Source of the DNA: Phycisphaerae bacterium
GTDB taxonomy: Bacteria > Planctomycetota > Phycisphaerae > UBA1845 > Fen-1342
DNA: 64,000 nucleotides
Assembly (NCBI GenBank): GCA_050115495.1
Contig: JASFQK010000036.1
Coordinates: forward strand, 11,216 to 75,215
Reading direction: 5' to 3'
Below, in pieces: positions 52,114 through 61,839 of this stretch. A program made the translations under genes and the position numbers. Numbering within the stretch: position 1 is the first letter of the stretch; each line of letters opens with the position of its first letter. The notes beneath the pieces were generated by a model. It was not told the origin of the DNA. It saw only the letters and a list, made by a program, of their open reading frames with translations, and ran no database searches.

Positions 52114-54279
52114 TTAAACCAGGAGGGACACGAACGGGGAGATGTCGAAGTTGTTCACAGTGCCGTCGCCGTTGACGTCCGCGCAGTCGTAGCAGCCGTT
52201 CGGGTAGGCGTCTTCGAACTCTTCCTGCGTGTGCGTGACGGCGAAGACGAACGGGGCGATGTCAAAGTTGTTCACGTTGCCGTCGCCGTTGACGTCACCG
52301 AACAGCACGGCCGCGGCGTTTGCGCCGATGTAGAGCGCGACCTGATAGGACTCGTCGGCGCTCGTGGGGTCGCCGTAGGAGGAGGTCGGGTCGTCGAAGT
52401 CCCCGTCCGCATCGACGTCGTAGACGATGTCGACGTTGAGGATGAGACCGCCGAGCGAACGCGGATCCTCGGTGGGCAGGTCGGCTGCCGGCGGCAGACC
52501 GAGGTGGCCGGTCTCGCTGATGTTGGAGGACCAGCAGGTGCCCGAGGAGACGGAGTTGCTGTCGGCGATGCCCATGAAGCTGATCGTCCACTCGCGGCCG
52601 GAGTTGGCACCCTCGAACGTGTCGCCGAGCTCGAGGATGAGCTCGAGGCGGTAGCCGAAGGCCGCCGGGTCATAGACGCCGCGGATCAGGGCGGAATCGT
52701 AATCGATGATGGGGTCGCCGTACTGGTTCACGCGCTGCGTGCCGTCCTTGTAGTGGGTGAGGGCGACGGCGGCAATGAACCAGATGTTGCCGACCGAGTC
52801 GATCATCGGGGCGGACACGGACGGGCCGTAGGGGTCGCCACCAGTGACCACGTCCATGGTGGTCATGGTGCCGATCTGCATGCCGCCGGGCCCGAGGATC
52901 GGCTTGCCGCTGTCCTGAGTGACGGCGGTGTCGGAACTGTAGGCGGCCATCGTCCACTCGACGTCGCAGGTGGCCGGGTCGAGCCGGGCGACGGCGATGT
53001 AGTTGAGCGGGTTGTAGTCGAACGTTGAGGGGTGATAGACCACCGCCGCGGCCAGCAGCCGGCCGGCCTGATCGACGTTCAGGGCGATCTGGCCGTTGCC
53101 GCCGTTGAAGGCGACCTGGCTGTGGTAGTGATCGAATTCGTTGTCGCCCTGGATGTTGGTCATGCCCGTGATGTTGTCGGTGACAAGGGCCGGGAGGCTG
53201 AGGGCCACGGGGCTGCCGGCGACCGGAGCGCCGCTGGCGCCCACGCCGAAGAGGTCCATGATGGTGGCCAGATCGTTCTCATCCTTGCCGAGGATGGCCG
53301 CCACGCCGTGCGTGCTGCCGGGAATGCAGGGGTGGTTCTTGGTCATGTAGGAGAGGCCGCCACGGTGGTCGGTGACGCCCGCCGCCAGATGGCTGGTCGT
53401 GTAGCTCGGGGGCGTCGTGGTCACGGGGCCGTACGCGTACTGCGTGGAGAAGTTGCTGGCCAGGAGATAGGGCACGCCGAAGATGGACGCGGGCCCGATG
53501 TTGGGCGTGTTGTGCACGGAACTCTGGTTGTGGACGATCCAGTTGGTGGCTGCGGCGTCGGAGCCGCCGGCGTTGCCCACGACGTTCAGGGCGGCGCAGT
53601 TGCGGGCCAGCAGGTCCACGTGGTAGACGTTGGTCGGCGTGTACGAGCCGGTGTCGGCCCGGAACATGATGTTGCCCTGCTCGTCGGCGGCGCCCACGCC
53701 GTAGGCCGAGAGGTTCTGCGATCCGGAGGATCCGTTGACCGCGGCCAGGATGCGCTTGACGTAGAGCCGGTTGGGGTTGGTCGGCGAGTAGTTGACGACG
53801 CCGCCGATAATGCCGTTGCAGGTCACGCCGGCATCGGACGTGCCGAACTCGGACAGCACGACGCCGAACTGGTTGCCCATACCGGTGGGGGTGATGGTCC
53901 CCGGCATGCTGTTCTCGGTGGGGTGGACGCCGGCGCCGGGCGTCGCGGTCCACAGGTCATAGCTGGCCACCGGGTAGGCCACGCCCAGGGCCTGGACACG
54001 GCTCAGCGACTGGGCCGACAGGAAGTTGTTGAAATAGTCGCTGCTTCCCTTGCTGGACTTGATGAGGGGGGCGACGGCGAACGTGTTGCCCCAGGACGTC
54101 GTCAGGGGCACGAGGTCCACCACGTACTCCGCGCACTGGTGGTCGGTGTTCCACAGCGACAGGGCGTCGCCGGGCAGGCCGTTCCCGCCATTGGTGTTGA
54201 TCGAGACGCTGTCCTGCCCGAACGCGGGGATGGTCAGGCAGACCACCGCGATCAGGGCCACTTGCCACGCGTTCTTCAT
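52114..54279 (-). CDS. Secreted protein of unknown function with C-terminal dockerin-like module
   Basis: GGAGG RBS, signal peptide MKNAWQVALIAV..AFG; tail GDVNGDGNVNNFDIAPFV..YPNGCYDCADVNGDGTVNNFDISPFV. Confidence 0.8.
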   Translation of the reverse strand: MKNAWQVALIAVVCLTIPAFGQDSVSINTNGGNGLPGDALSLWNTDHQCAEYVVDLVPLTTSWGNTFAVAPLIKSSKGSSDYFNNFLSAQSLSRVQALGVAYPVASYDLWTATPGAGVHPTENSMPGTITPTGMGNQFGVVLSEFGTSDAGVTCNGIIGGVVNYSPTNPNRLYVKRILAAVNGSSGSQNLSAYGVGAADEQGNIMFRADTGSYTPTNVYHVDLLARNCAALNVVGNAGGSDAAATNWIVHNQSSVHNTPNIGPASIFGVPYLLASNFSTQYAYGPVTTTPPSYTTSHLAAGVTDHRGGLSYMTKNHPCIPGSTHGVAAILGKDENDLATIMDLFGVGASGAPVAGSPVALSLPALVTDNITGMTNIQGDNEFDHYHSQVAFNGGNGQIALNVDQAGRLLAAAVVYHPSTFDYNPLNYIAVARLDPATCDVEWTMAAYSSDTAVTQDSGKPILGPGGMQIGTMTTMDVVTGGDPYGPSVSAPMIDSVGNIWFIAAVALTHYKDGTQRVNQYGDPIIDYDSALIRGVYDPAAFGYRLELILELGDTFEGANSGREWTISFMGIADSNSVSSGTCWSSNISETGHLGLPPAADLPTEDPRSLGGLILNVDIVYDVDADGDFDDPTSSYGDPTSADESYQVALYIGANAAAVLFGDVNGDGNVNNFDIAPFVFAVTHTQEEFEDAYPNGCYDCADVNGDGTVNNFDISPFVSLLV

Positions 54280-54752
54280 GCTGCTTCCTCCATTTGAGAA
54301 CAAGAGCCGTTCCTTCAGATAGCTGACGCTGAGTCCCGGCTCCTACCAGGCCAGGACCGGATATCACGGGGCACTCCCGCCGGACCGGGTGACCGCTGGC
54401 GGCCGTGGTCCGGTTCGTTGCCTTTACCCTCCTGCAACAGCCAACGTCCGTTCGCCCGGTGCGGGTTCCCGCCGCCGGGGCTCGTGATTGCTCGCTGTCG
54501 CGAAACTCGTGCTGCAGGTCGCCGATTGCCGTTACACCGCCGGTGCTGTTCAGCGTAGCCCCGGCGGATTACGCCGCGATGTCGAGCCGGTTAGCGATCA
54601 GAGAAATCTCAGTGTCGCCGGAGCCACGAACGTGCACCGCTCGCCGCACGCTGCCCACGAGGGTACGCGCGGCGGGCGTTAGCTCATGCCCCAGCCCGCT
54701 TCATCCCACTCGCCGCCCGCGGGGCATGTCCCGCCCCGCGGCACCCTCAGTG

Positions 54753-55898
54753 CTACGGTATCACGAAGTCTCTCGGGACGTTGGTCATGCCCTCGCCGGG
54801 GTTCCGCACAATCGTCCCGGTCGGATACCAGTAGTGAACCTCCCGCGACTTGCGGTCGGTCAGTGCCTGCACGTGCCCGTCGAAGAACAGGGACTCGATC
54901 CTGCCCTTGTTGTCATGCGCATCGCCGGAGAAGGTGTCCGACACACCGTCGAAAGCCCCATGGCGGTAGGACAGGGCCAGGTTCTTCCCACCGCCGGGCG
55001 AACCCCGGTCCACGCCGGCGCCGTCCCAATTCGTCGAATCGCCGCTGACGCCGTAGGCGGTCGAACCGGACCACCAGCCTCCGGACGTCGTGAAACTGCC
55101 GAACCAACTCGGTTCGGGGGCCGGGTCGATGTCGAGCAACTCGCTGTCTGAGTCCAGATAGCGCGTCCCATCCGCCACGAAGATCTTCCGCGACGGCTGG
55201 CCCACCCGGTCAATCCGCGGCAGGAAATCGTCCGTGCACGTTTCCCAGGAGAGGGGGGCCGCCAGGGCTCGCACCGGAAGCAGACTGACGTCTTCCTGCT
55301 TCATGTACCCCAGGACCGTGCCCTTCTGATGCTGCCCCACGTATTGGAAGTGCACCGGCATCAGATAGCTCACCGCGGGGAACGGGACTTCCTCGTCCAG
55401 CTCGGGCTTGTCGGGCGAATCAGCGTAGCCGCCCGGATAGAACGTCGCGGTGTAGCGCTGCGACGGGCAGCGGAACTCGCTCATCAGGAACTTGAAACGC
55501 TCGGCCCGTATGGCCGGCAACTCCATCTCTCCGCAGACGATAGGCGTCATCCAGTCAAACGACTGCACCGGCATGTCCGGCCGGTACAGCGAGTCCGGGC
55601 GCGAGCCCCACATCAGCTTCAGCGAGCGGAGGGCCACGCCCGACGTGTTGCAGCCGGGTAGATAGTCCTCGTTGTCGTTGACGTACACGGCGAGCCCGTT
55701 GCCGAACAGGCGCATATGGTTGCCGCAGACCACCATCCGGGCCTGTTCCTGGGCGCTGCGCAGGCTCGGCAGCAGGATCGAGATCAACAACGCGATGATG
55801 GCCACCACGACCAGGAGCTCGATGAGAGTGAAGCCCGATCGCCGCTGTGGGCGCGGCTTACTGGCCGCCGCGCACTTGGAGCGTGTTGACGTCGACAT
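54753..55898 (-). CDS. Prepilin-type N-terminal cleavage/methylation protein (DUF1559 / H-X9-DG-CTERM-like)
   Basis: GFTLIELLVVVAIIALLISILLPSL..AR..C.N; F.CPS; RH...FFDGHV. Confidence 0.88.
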   Translation of the reverse strand: MSTSTRSKCAAASKPRPQRRSGFTLIELLVVVAIIALLISILLPSLRSAQEQARMVVCGNHMRLFGNGLAVYVNDNEDYLPGCNTSGVALRSLKLMWGSRPDSLYRPDMPVQSFDWMTPIVCGEMELPAIRAERFKFLMSEFRCPSQRYTATFYPGGYADSPDKPELDEEVPFPAVSYLMPVHFQYVGQHQKGTVLGYMKQEDVSLLPVRALAAPLSWETCTDDFLPRIDRVGQPSRKIFVADGTRYLDSDSELLDIDPAPEPSWFGSFTTSGGWWSGSTAYGVSGDSTNWDGAGVDRGSPGGGKNLALSYRHGAFDGVSDTFSGDAHDNKGRIESLFFDGHVQALTDRKSREVHYWYPTGTIVRNPGEGMTNVPRDFVIP

Positions 55899-56205
55899 AG
55901 AGGTTCTTCTCCGCGAGTTGGTCGAGGGCGTCGCGATACCTGGCGCTCACCTTGAGAACCCCGTCCACGTTCGAACAGGGCATCAGGGTGTCCTCGCCGG
56001 TCTTGGGGTTCCGCGCGGGGATGTGCGTGACCGTCGAGCGATCCAGGTTGAAGCGCTCGCCCGTGGCAACACACACGAAGTTGATGTTATCGTGAATCGG
56101 CGAATTGCCGGCCACTTGGAAGTAGATGGCCCCCGTGGCCACCACCAGGAGCACCACGGCCAGAATGAACTTCGCCTTCTGGCTGGATAGCAGGCTACGG
56201 ATCAT
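55858..56205 (-). CDS. Small membrane-anchored hypothetical protein
   Basis: N-terminal TM helix; FVCVATGERF..RNPKTGEDTLMPC; overlaps prepilin gene start. Confidence 0.65.
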   Translation of the reverse strand: MIRSLLSSQKAKFILAVVLLVVATGAIYFQVAGNSPIHDNINFVCVATGERFNLDRSTVTHIPARNPKTGEDTLMPCSNVDGVLKVSARYRDALDQLAEKNLYVDVNTLQVRGGQ

Positions 56206-56537
56206 GGACGCTCTTCCCGTCCGGGGGAGCCGAATCCCGCGGACCGCTGCGTTTGGTGGTGTTTCTGCCGTTTCTCGTCGACGCGCGCCAGTCGCCACGT
56301 GCGCTCGTGCAGCGCCGCTATGCAGCGCCGCATTATGCGGCCACTTTGTTAGTGTGTTGCCAAGATAGCGTCAATATATGGCAAGTGCAAGCCAGTTGCG
56401 GTCCTTCGGCCCTCGGACCGCCTCGCTGTTGGCGCGCTGGTCCGCGCAATCTCCGAAGACGGCGCGGCTTGGGTACGCCCGAGAAAGTTATTGACAGGGA
56501 CCGCCGGCGGGGACTGCTCACGAGTGCCGGCGGGGGA

Positions 56538-57503
56538 TCACTCCCAGCTCACGCCCAGTTGTACGATGGCCGGGATCCGCTCGCTCGTATCCACGAAAAA
56601 TTCCACGTAGGTCGTCGCCTGACCCTCGCGGTAGAACACGGTCACCTGGTACAGGTAGCCGTCCGTCGAGTCCAGCAGCGTCAACTCGAAGTCCGTCTGC
56701 CCCCCGATCTGCTGGATGAACAATTCGCCCGGCGAGCGCAACTGGAAGGTCTCCGTCTCGCCGGTCGTGTTGGTCTGCCATGATTCCATGTGTGCCAGCA
56801 GGTACCCGTCCCGCAGCGCCAGGCGCTGCTGGGCCCGGGGCCGTACCGACAGCGTCGGCGTCGTCCGGACCTCATAGCGCACGCGGTCGCTCGATTCCCG
56901 ACCGTACACGTCCAGCACGGTCAGCACGAACTCGTACTTCGCGTCTCGCCAATCAGCCTCGCCTTCCGGCGTGAGCCCGGTGACAGTGGTCGTGGCCTTG
57001 GTCGCGTCTGCGATTTTGAGCGGCCGTGGTCCGGAAACCTGCTCCCAGAAGTAGGTCAGGTCCTCGCCGGTGCTCCCTGCCGCATCCAGCGTGAGTTCGT
57101 TCCGCCCAAGCCAGACGACCTGGTCCCGGCCGGCGGCCGCAACCGGTTCCGGTCCCTCCCCGAAGTCGAGGTAGTCCCGGTCTTCCTCCGCCAGCGGGTC
57201 GTGCGGTTCAGCCGGTTCGGCGCTGATGAGGTTGTCGGGCTGCGGTTCGGTCGCGGTCTCCGTGCCCGGTTCCGGCGTTTCGGTCTGCTCGGTTGGCGTC
57301 TTGGCGCTGGAGGCGCGGGCCCGGTCCGCTGCGAGCAGGTCCTGCTCGTCCTCGAAGCGGGCGTACGCTAATTTCACCTCGGACAGGGGTTTATCGGAAT
57401 CGGTGCCCCCTACGGTCGCGCCGGCGCGCTTCGGCAGGATCCCGGAGGAAAACAGCACGGCGGCGATGAACAGCACACCGCCGATGACCACGATCGAGCG
57501 CAT
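56538..57503 (-). CDS. Exported protein with PKD/REJ-like Ig domain
   Basis: N-terminal hydrophobic helix; A.AGRDQVV..LTLDAAGS..LTYFWEQVSGP..YEFVLTV.D. Confidence 0.7.
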   Translation of the reverse strand: MRSIVVIGGVLFIAAVLFSSGILPKRAGATVGGTDSDKPLSEVKLAYARFEDEQDLLAADRARASSAKTPTEQTETPEPGTETATEPQPDNLISAEPAEPHDPLAEEDRDYLDFGEGPEPVAAAGRDQVVWLGRNELTLDAAGSTGEDLTYFWEQVSGPRPLKIADATKATTTVTGLTPEGEADWRDAKYEFVLTVLDVYGRESSDRVRYEVRTTPTLSVRPRAQQRLALRDGYLLAHMESWQTNTTGETETFQLRSPGELFIQQIGGQTDFELTLLDSTDGYLYQVTVFYREGQATTYVEFFVDTSERIPAIVQLGVSWE

Positions 57504-57817
57504 GGCTCGCCCTCACCATCACCACGGGCTGCGGCGACCGCGCGTCAGCCCGTCCATAGAATCGGCCACCTGGGCAACCCGGTGTAAATGTGGACCGGGG
57601 GTTTTTGACTGTCGGAGTCGGGGCCGGCCGCTGGCGGATGGCGCGCCGGGAGCGTTTGCGGGCCGCCTCGCCCGGAGCCACGGGGCCGATCTTGGCGGCT
57701 GGCCGTCACTTCGCATTGCATCGGGCCCCGGCGTCGGCATAATGAGGGATCGGCCGTTTGACGTATATTGGCATGAGCGCTGGGACCGGGGGACCAGGTC
57801 AGCCGCAGGAGAGGATC

Positions 57818-59203
57818 ATGACGCTTTCGAGGAGTACAGGGTGGTTTTTGCCCGTTGTCATGTTGCTGGTGGTCGTGCCGGCCTGGGCCCAATGGGACCC
57901 CGCCAACGGCCAATGGGGCAAGGATGACGCGCATGACCTGCGGGTGATGACCTACAACATCCTGGACAACATCCGCACGGAGGAGCCCAAGACAGAAGAG
58001 CTCAACGCCTGGCACGCCCTGACGCGCATCGTCGCCGCCATGCGCCCGGATGTCCTCATCCTCCAGGAGGCTGGCGACAACAATTGCTACCAGTGCGTCG
58101 ATTCCGTCGCTGAGCTCACCACCGTTCTGGAGCTCTTCATGCACGGCGGAACCGACCCGTTCCTCGGCGGCGCGGTCGGGGCTTACGTCCAGAAGTACGC
58201 CCCTGATTACGACCTCCCGTACATTTTCGTCAGCACGCGCAATGACGGCTACAACCGCAACGCCATCCTGTCGCGCTATCCCTTCGCGGACCTCAACGGC
58301 GACACGCGGAGCCAGTTGTCCGACATCGGCATGGTCCTGCCGGACGCCTACGCCCCTGGTGGCACCGGTGGCATCCGCGGCTTCATGTTCACCGAGATCG
58401 ACCTCCCGGACGCAGACTACGCCGGCGACCTCGTCTTCGGCGGCGCGCACCTCAAGGCCGGGTACGACGGGCACTCGGATCGCGTCGCTGCTGCCCGCAA
58501 CGTCGCCTATTACATTGACTACATGTTCAATGGGGCCGGCACCGGGCTTCCCGATCCGAACAATAAGATCGTGGATAACCCGGCCGCCCAGACGATCCTC
58601 GACGACGACACCCCGGTAATCATCGCTGGCGACTGGAACGAGGACGAGCAGTACAGCATGTCGCAGTACGGCGAGAAGGGGCCTGCCGCCTGGCTGACGC
58701 AGGCCGCCGTGTTGGGTGGCACCGACGGGACCGACCGCGACCGCACCGACATGACCTACGACGACGCCCGTAACCCCAAGAACAATGATCGGGCGACCCA
58801 TTCATCGAGCAAGCTCGACTACGTCGCCTGGCAGGACAGCATCGCCACGTTACGGCGGGCGTTCATCTTCTACAGCTCGACCCTGTCGAGCACGCCGAGC
58901 TGGTTCCCGCCCGAGTTCACCGGCTTCCCGGTTCCCGCCCTGGCCAGCGGGCTGGCCTCCGATCACCGCCCGGTCATCGCCGACTTCATTCTGCCGGAGC
59001 CCAGCCTTTTGCCGGGTGACGTCAACGGCGACGGTGAGGTGAACAACTTCGACATCGGCCCGTTCGTTTTCGCCCTGACGCACACGCCGGCGGAGTTCGA
59101 GGCCACGTATCCGGGCGGCTGCTACGACTGCGCGGATGTCAACGACGATGGCGAGGTGGACAACTTCGATATCAGCGCGTTTGTCGCCCTGATCGTCGGC
59201 TGA
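57818..59203 (+). CDS. Secreted endonuclease/exonuclease/phosphatase-family protein with dockerin-like module
   Basis: RVMTYNI, PDVLILQE, ILSRYP, HLKA, IIAGDWN, LDYV, SDHRPV; tail GDVNGDGEVNNFDIGPFV..CADVNDDGEVDNFDISAFV. Confidence 0.88.
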   Translation: MTLSRSTGWFLPVVMLLVVVPAWAQWDPANGQWGKDDAHDLRVMTYNILDNIRTEEPKTEELNAWHALTRIVAAMRPDVLILQEAGDNNCYQCVDSVAELTTVLELFMHGGTDPFLGGAVGAYVQKYAPDYDLPYIFVSTRNDGYNRNAILSRYPFADLNGDTRSQLSDIGMVLPDAYAPGGTGGIRGFMFTEIDLPDADYAGDLVFGGAHLKAGYDGHSDRVAAARNVAYYIDYMFNGAGTGLPDPNNKIVDNPAAQTILDDDTPVIIAGDWNEDEQYSMSQYGEKGPAAWLTQAAVLGGTDGTDRDRTDMTYDDARNPKNNDRATHSSSKLDYVAWQDSIATLRRAFIFYSSTLSSTPSWFPPEFTGFPVPALASGLASDHRPVIADFILPEPSLLPGDVNGDGEVNNFDIGPFVFALTHTPAEFEATYPGGCYDCADVNDDGEVDNFDISAFVALIVG

Positions 59204-59219
59204 TCCCCCGGCTTGCCGG

Positions 59220-59948
59220 TCAACCGCCGAATTCGTTCAGAATGCCGGCGGCGATGGCGTCGGCAATCTGGGTCTGGTAGCTGCTGGTGGCGAGGCGCGC
59301 GGCCTCGGTGGGGTTGGTCAGGTAGCCGCACTCGACGAGCATGGACGGCCGCGAGTGGCCGACGAGCACCCTGAAGCCGGCCTTTCGGATTCCGTTGCAC
59401 TTGATGCCCGCTTTGCGCAAAGCGGCGACGACGCTTTGCGCGGCGGACGAACTGCGCTTGCTTGCGCTGCGGGCGATGTAGACGGCCGCCCCGGTGGCTG
59501 AGGCGCGACGGGCCGAATCCGCATGGATGGACACGAACAGATCGACCTTGGCGCGCTCCGCCATGGCGGCACGTTCGTCGAGTTCGGGGAACCGGTCGCC
59601 CCGGCGTGTCATCAGTACGGTCGCCCCGTACGATTCGAGCTTGCGAGCCAGTTGGGTGGCAATCCCCAGATTCACCGTCTTCTCGGGCACCGGTCCCACG
59701 CCGAGGGCGCCGGGATCTTTTCCGCCGTGGCCGGGGTCCACCATGATGGTGACGGCCCCGAGCAGGCGCCGGGCCGGCGTCCGCTTCACCTCGTGTTGTA
59801 CTGGGGGGGGCGGCGGGGGCGTCGCTCGCCGCTGCCGCGCCCGCGTCTGCATCATCGGCGCCGGCAGCTCACGCGTCGCGCGGGTCGGAGCCGCACAGCC
59901 GACCAGAACCGTCAGGACCAGCATTGCCGATAGAACGCGCAGCATCAT
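59220..59948 (-). CDS. N-acetylmuramoyl-L-alanine amidase (Amidase_3), lipoprotein
   Basis: LVGC lipobox; VDPGHGGKDPGA, EK.VNL, SIHAD, LVECGYLTN. Confidence 0.9.
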   Translation of the reverse strand: MMLRVLSAMLVLTVLVGCAAPTRATRELPAPMMQTRARQRRATPPPPPPVQHEVKRTPARRLLGAVTIMVDPGHGGKDPGALGVGPVPEKTVNLGIATQLARKLESYGATVLMTRRGDRFPELDERAAMAERAKVDLFVSIHADSARRASATGAAVYIARSASKRSSSAAQSVVAALRKAGIKCNGIRKAGFRVLVGHSRPSMLVECGYLTNPTEAARLATSSYQTQIADAIAAGILNEFGG

Positions 59949-60134
59949 TCTCCCTTTCGCGCCGGGATGATAAGCGCTGGCCCCCTCAGGAGGAAAGGCG
60001 CTGGCCGCGGCGGTTTGCTCGTGTCGGTGAGAAGGAGCGATGAATCGGCCTCACGACGGCGCCATCCGGTTGTCTTTCGGGTATGGTGCCACACTTCGTC
60101 GGCGCGGCGTTGTGAGCCGGCCGGGGCACGGATC

Positions 60135-61838
60135 ATGAGGGAGTTTGCCGTGCGGGAAGCACAGCGGTGGCAGTGGGAGGAGCGGAGGGGTAGGTTCAGG
60201 TGGCGGCCCGCAATGCTGGCGGGGGTCGCCTTGGCGATGGTCCTGCTGGCGGGCTGCGGCCCGGGCGGGCCCTTGTCCACGCGGCTGCGGGAGACGGTGG
60301 TTCGCCCCGAGCCGGGCGTGGTCCTCTTCCTCTGCGACGGATTTCAACCGGACCTGCTGGAGCAGGGTTGCCGCGAAGGCTGGCTGCCCAACATTCAGAA
60401 GCGGTTCGTCGAGGGGGGGATGCGCGTGGAGAACGCCGTCACCATCATCCCGCCGATCACCTATGCGGCGATCGCGTCGATCGTGACCGGGGCGTTGCCG
60501 CCGGACCACCGCATCACCGGCAACCGCTGGTTCGATCCCGAGGAGCGGCTGTTCCGTGATTACGTCACGATCCGCTACTACCGGGCGGTGAACGAGGATT
60601 TCGCCGTGCCGACGCTGTACGAGCGTCTCGATCCGGCGGCCTCGACCAGCATCCAGGCCGCCCACATGCGCGGCGTGACCGACAACATTGCCAACTGGGC
60701 CGAGTCGGGTGTGCGCTGGTTCTTCGGCATCTACACGGGCGTGGACAAGCTGACGGCGACGACGGTGGAACGCGTGGCCGGACGGGCGAATGCTCGCGGG
60801 CTGTGGCCGACGGCGTTGATGTGCTATTTCCCCGGGCTCGACTCGGTCGGGCACGCGCACGGCGTGAGCAGTCCGGAGTATCGCCGGGCCGCCGAGCACA
60901 TGGACCACCAGGTCGGCCGCGTCTGCGATTGGCTCGATCGTGAAGGGCTGCTGGAGACGACGTACATGGTGCTCGTCGCCGACCATGGGATGCTGGACGT
61001 CTCGGAGTTCGTGGATCTGCTGGCCCTGCTGCGTGACGGGTGGGGGCGCGAGGCGACGGACGCGATCGTGCAGGACGGTTCGTTCGAGCAGCGGTGCCGG
61101 TTCTACGACCGGTTCGACAGCGTCGTCGCCCACCAGGACGGCCGCAAGGCGAGCCTCTACTTCGCCGGCACCGGCGGCTGGGACACCGTGCCCGAGCCGG
61201 CCGTGGTTGAGCACGTGCTGACCAACCCGCCGGTGGAGCAGCAACTCTGGAGCCTTCCCGGCGTTGACCTGGTGATGTACCTGACCGGCGAGAACGAGGC
61301 GTGCCTGCGCAGCGCGCGCGGCACGGCCCGCATCACCATGCGCGACAGGGCGGACGGGCCCGAGTATCGCTACGAACCCATGACCGCCGACGTGCTGGGC
61401 TACACCGAAGATGCCGATCTGGCGGCGTTCGTGGCCGCCGGCTTCCACCATGCGCCGGCGTGGCTGGCGGCGACCGCGAGCGCGGAGTTCCCCAACCTGG
61501 TGCCGCAGGTCGTGCCGCTGCTGCACGAGCCGCGGGCCGGGCAAGTCATCGTGTGTGCCGCTCCCGGCTATAGCTTCACGCGTGAAGCGGGCGGGCACGG
61601 CGGCGTGCGGCGGGCGGAGGTTCGCGTACCGCTATTGTTCGCCGGTCCGGGCATCGAGCCGGGCAGCGTGATTCCATACGCGCAGACGGTGGATATTGTG
61701 CCGACGGTGCTGGCCCTGCTGGGCACGGATGCGCCGCGGGATCGCTATCTGGCGGGCGTGCCGCGGCTGGATGGCGCCTGGGCCCGCGCCGTGCGCGCCC
61801 GGACGCCCGAAGAAGAGATGAGCAGCGGAGGGAAATGA
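60135..61838 (+). CDS. Nucleotide pyrophosphatase/phosphodiesterase (alkaline phosphatase superfamily), lipoprotein; start may be 60213
   Basis: LAGC lipobox; CDG, PPITY..SIVTG..H.ITGN, DSVGH.HG, VADHG, GGHGG. Confidence 0.85.
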   Translation: MREFAVREAQRWQWEERRGRFRWRPAMLAGVALAMVLLAGCGPGGPLSTRLRETVVRPEPGVVLFLCDGFQPDLLEQGCREGWLPNIQKRFVEGGMRVENAVTIIPPITYAAIASIVTGALPPDHRITGNRWFDPEERLFRDYVTIRYYRAVNEDFAVPTLYERLDPAASTSIQAAHMRGVTDNIANWAESGVRWFFGIYTGVDKLTATTVERVAGRANARGLWPTALMCYFPGLDSVGHAHGVSSPEYRRAAEHMDHQVGRVCDWLDREGLLETTYMVLVADHGMLDVSEFVDLLALLRDGWGREATDAIVQDGSFEQRCRFYDRFDSVVAHQDGRKASLYFAGTGGWDTVPEPAVVEHVLTNPPVEQQLWSLPGVDLVMYLTGENEACLRSARGTARITMRDRADGPEYRYEPMTADVLGYTEDADLAAFVAAGFHHAPAWLAATASAEFPNLVPQVVPLLHEPRAGQVIVCAAPGYSFTREAGGHGGVRRAEVRVPLLFAGPGIEPGSVIPYAQTVDIVPTVLALLGTDAPRDRYLAGVPRLDGAWARAVRARTPEEEMSSGGK

Positions 61839-61839
61839 C

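Noticed and set aside
56379..56396. Sigma54 promoter TGGCTTGCACTTGC (minus) upstream of the prepilin cassette
   Set aside because: GG-GC spacing is 9 nt, not the required 10
52114..59203. Diversity-generating retroelement TR/VR pair suggested by two similar dockerin-coding segments
   Set aside because: Both copies are coding, mismatches are largely synonymous and not adenine-specific, and no reverse transcriptase is present
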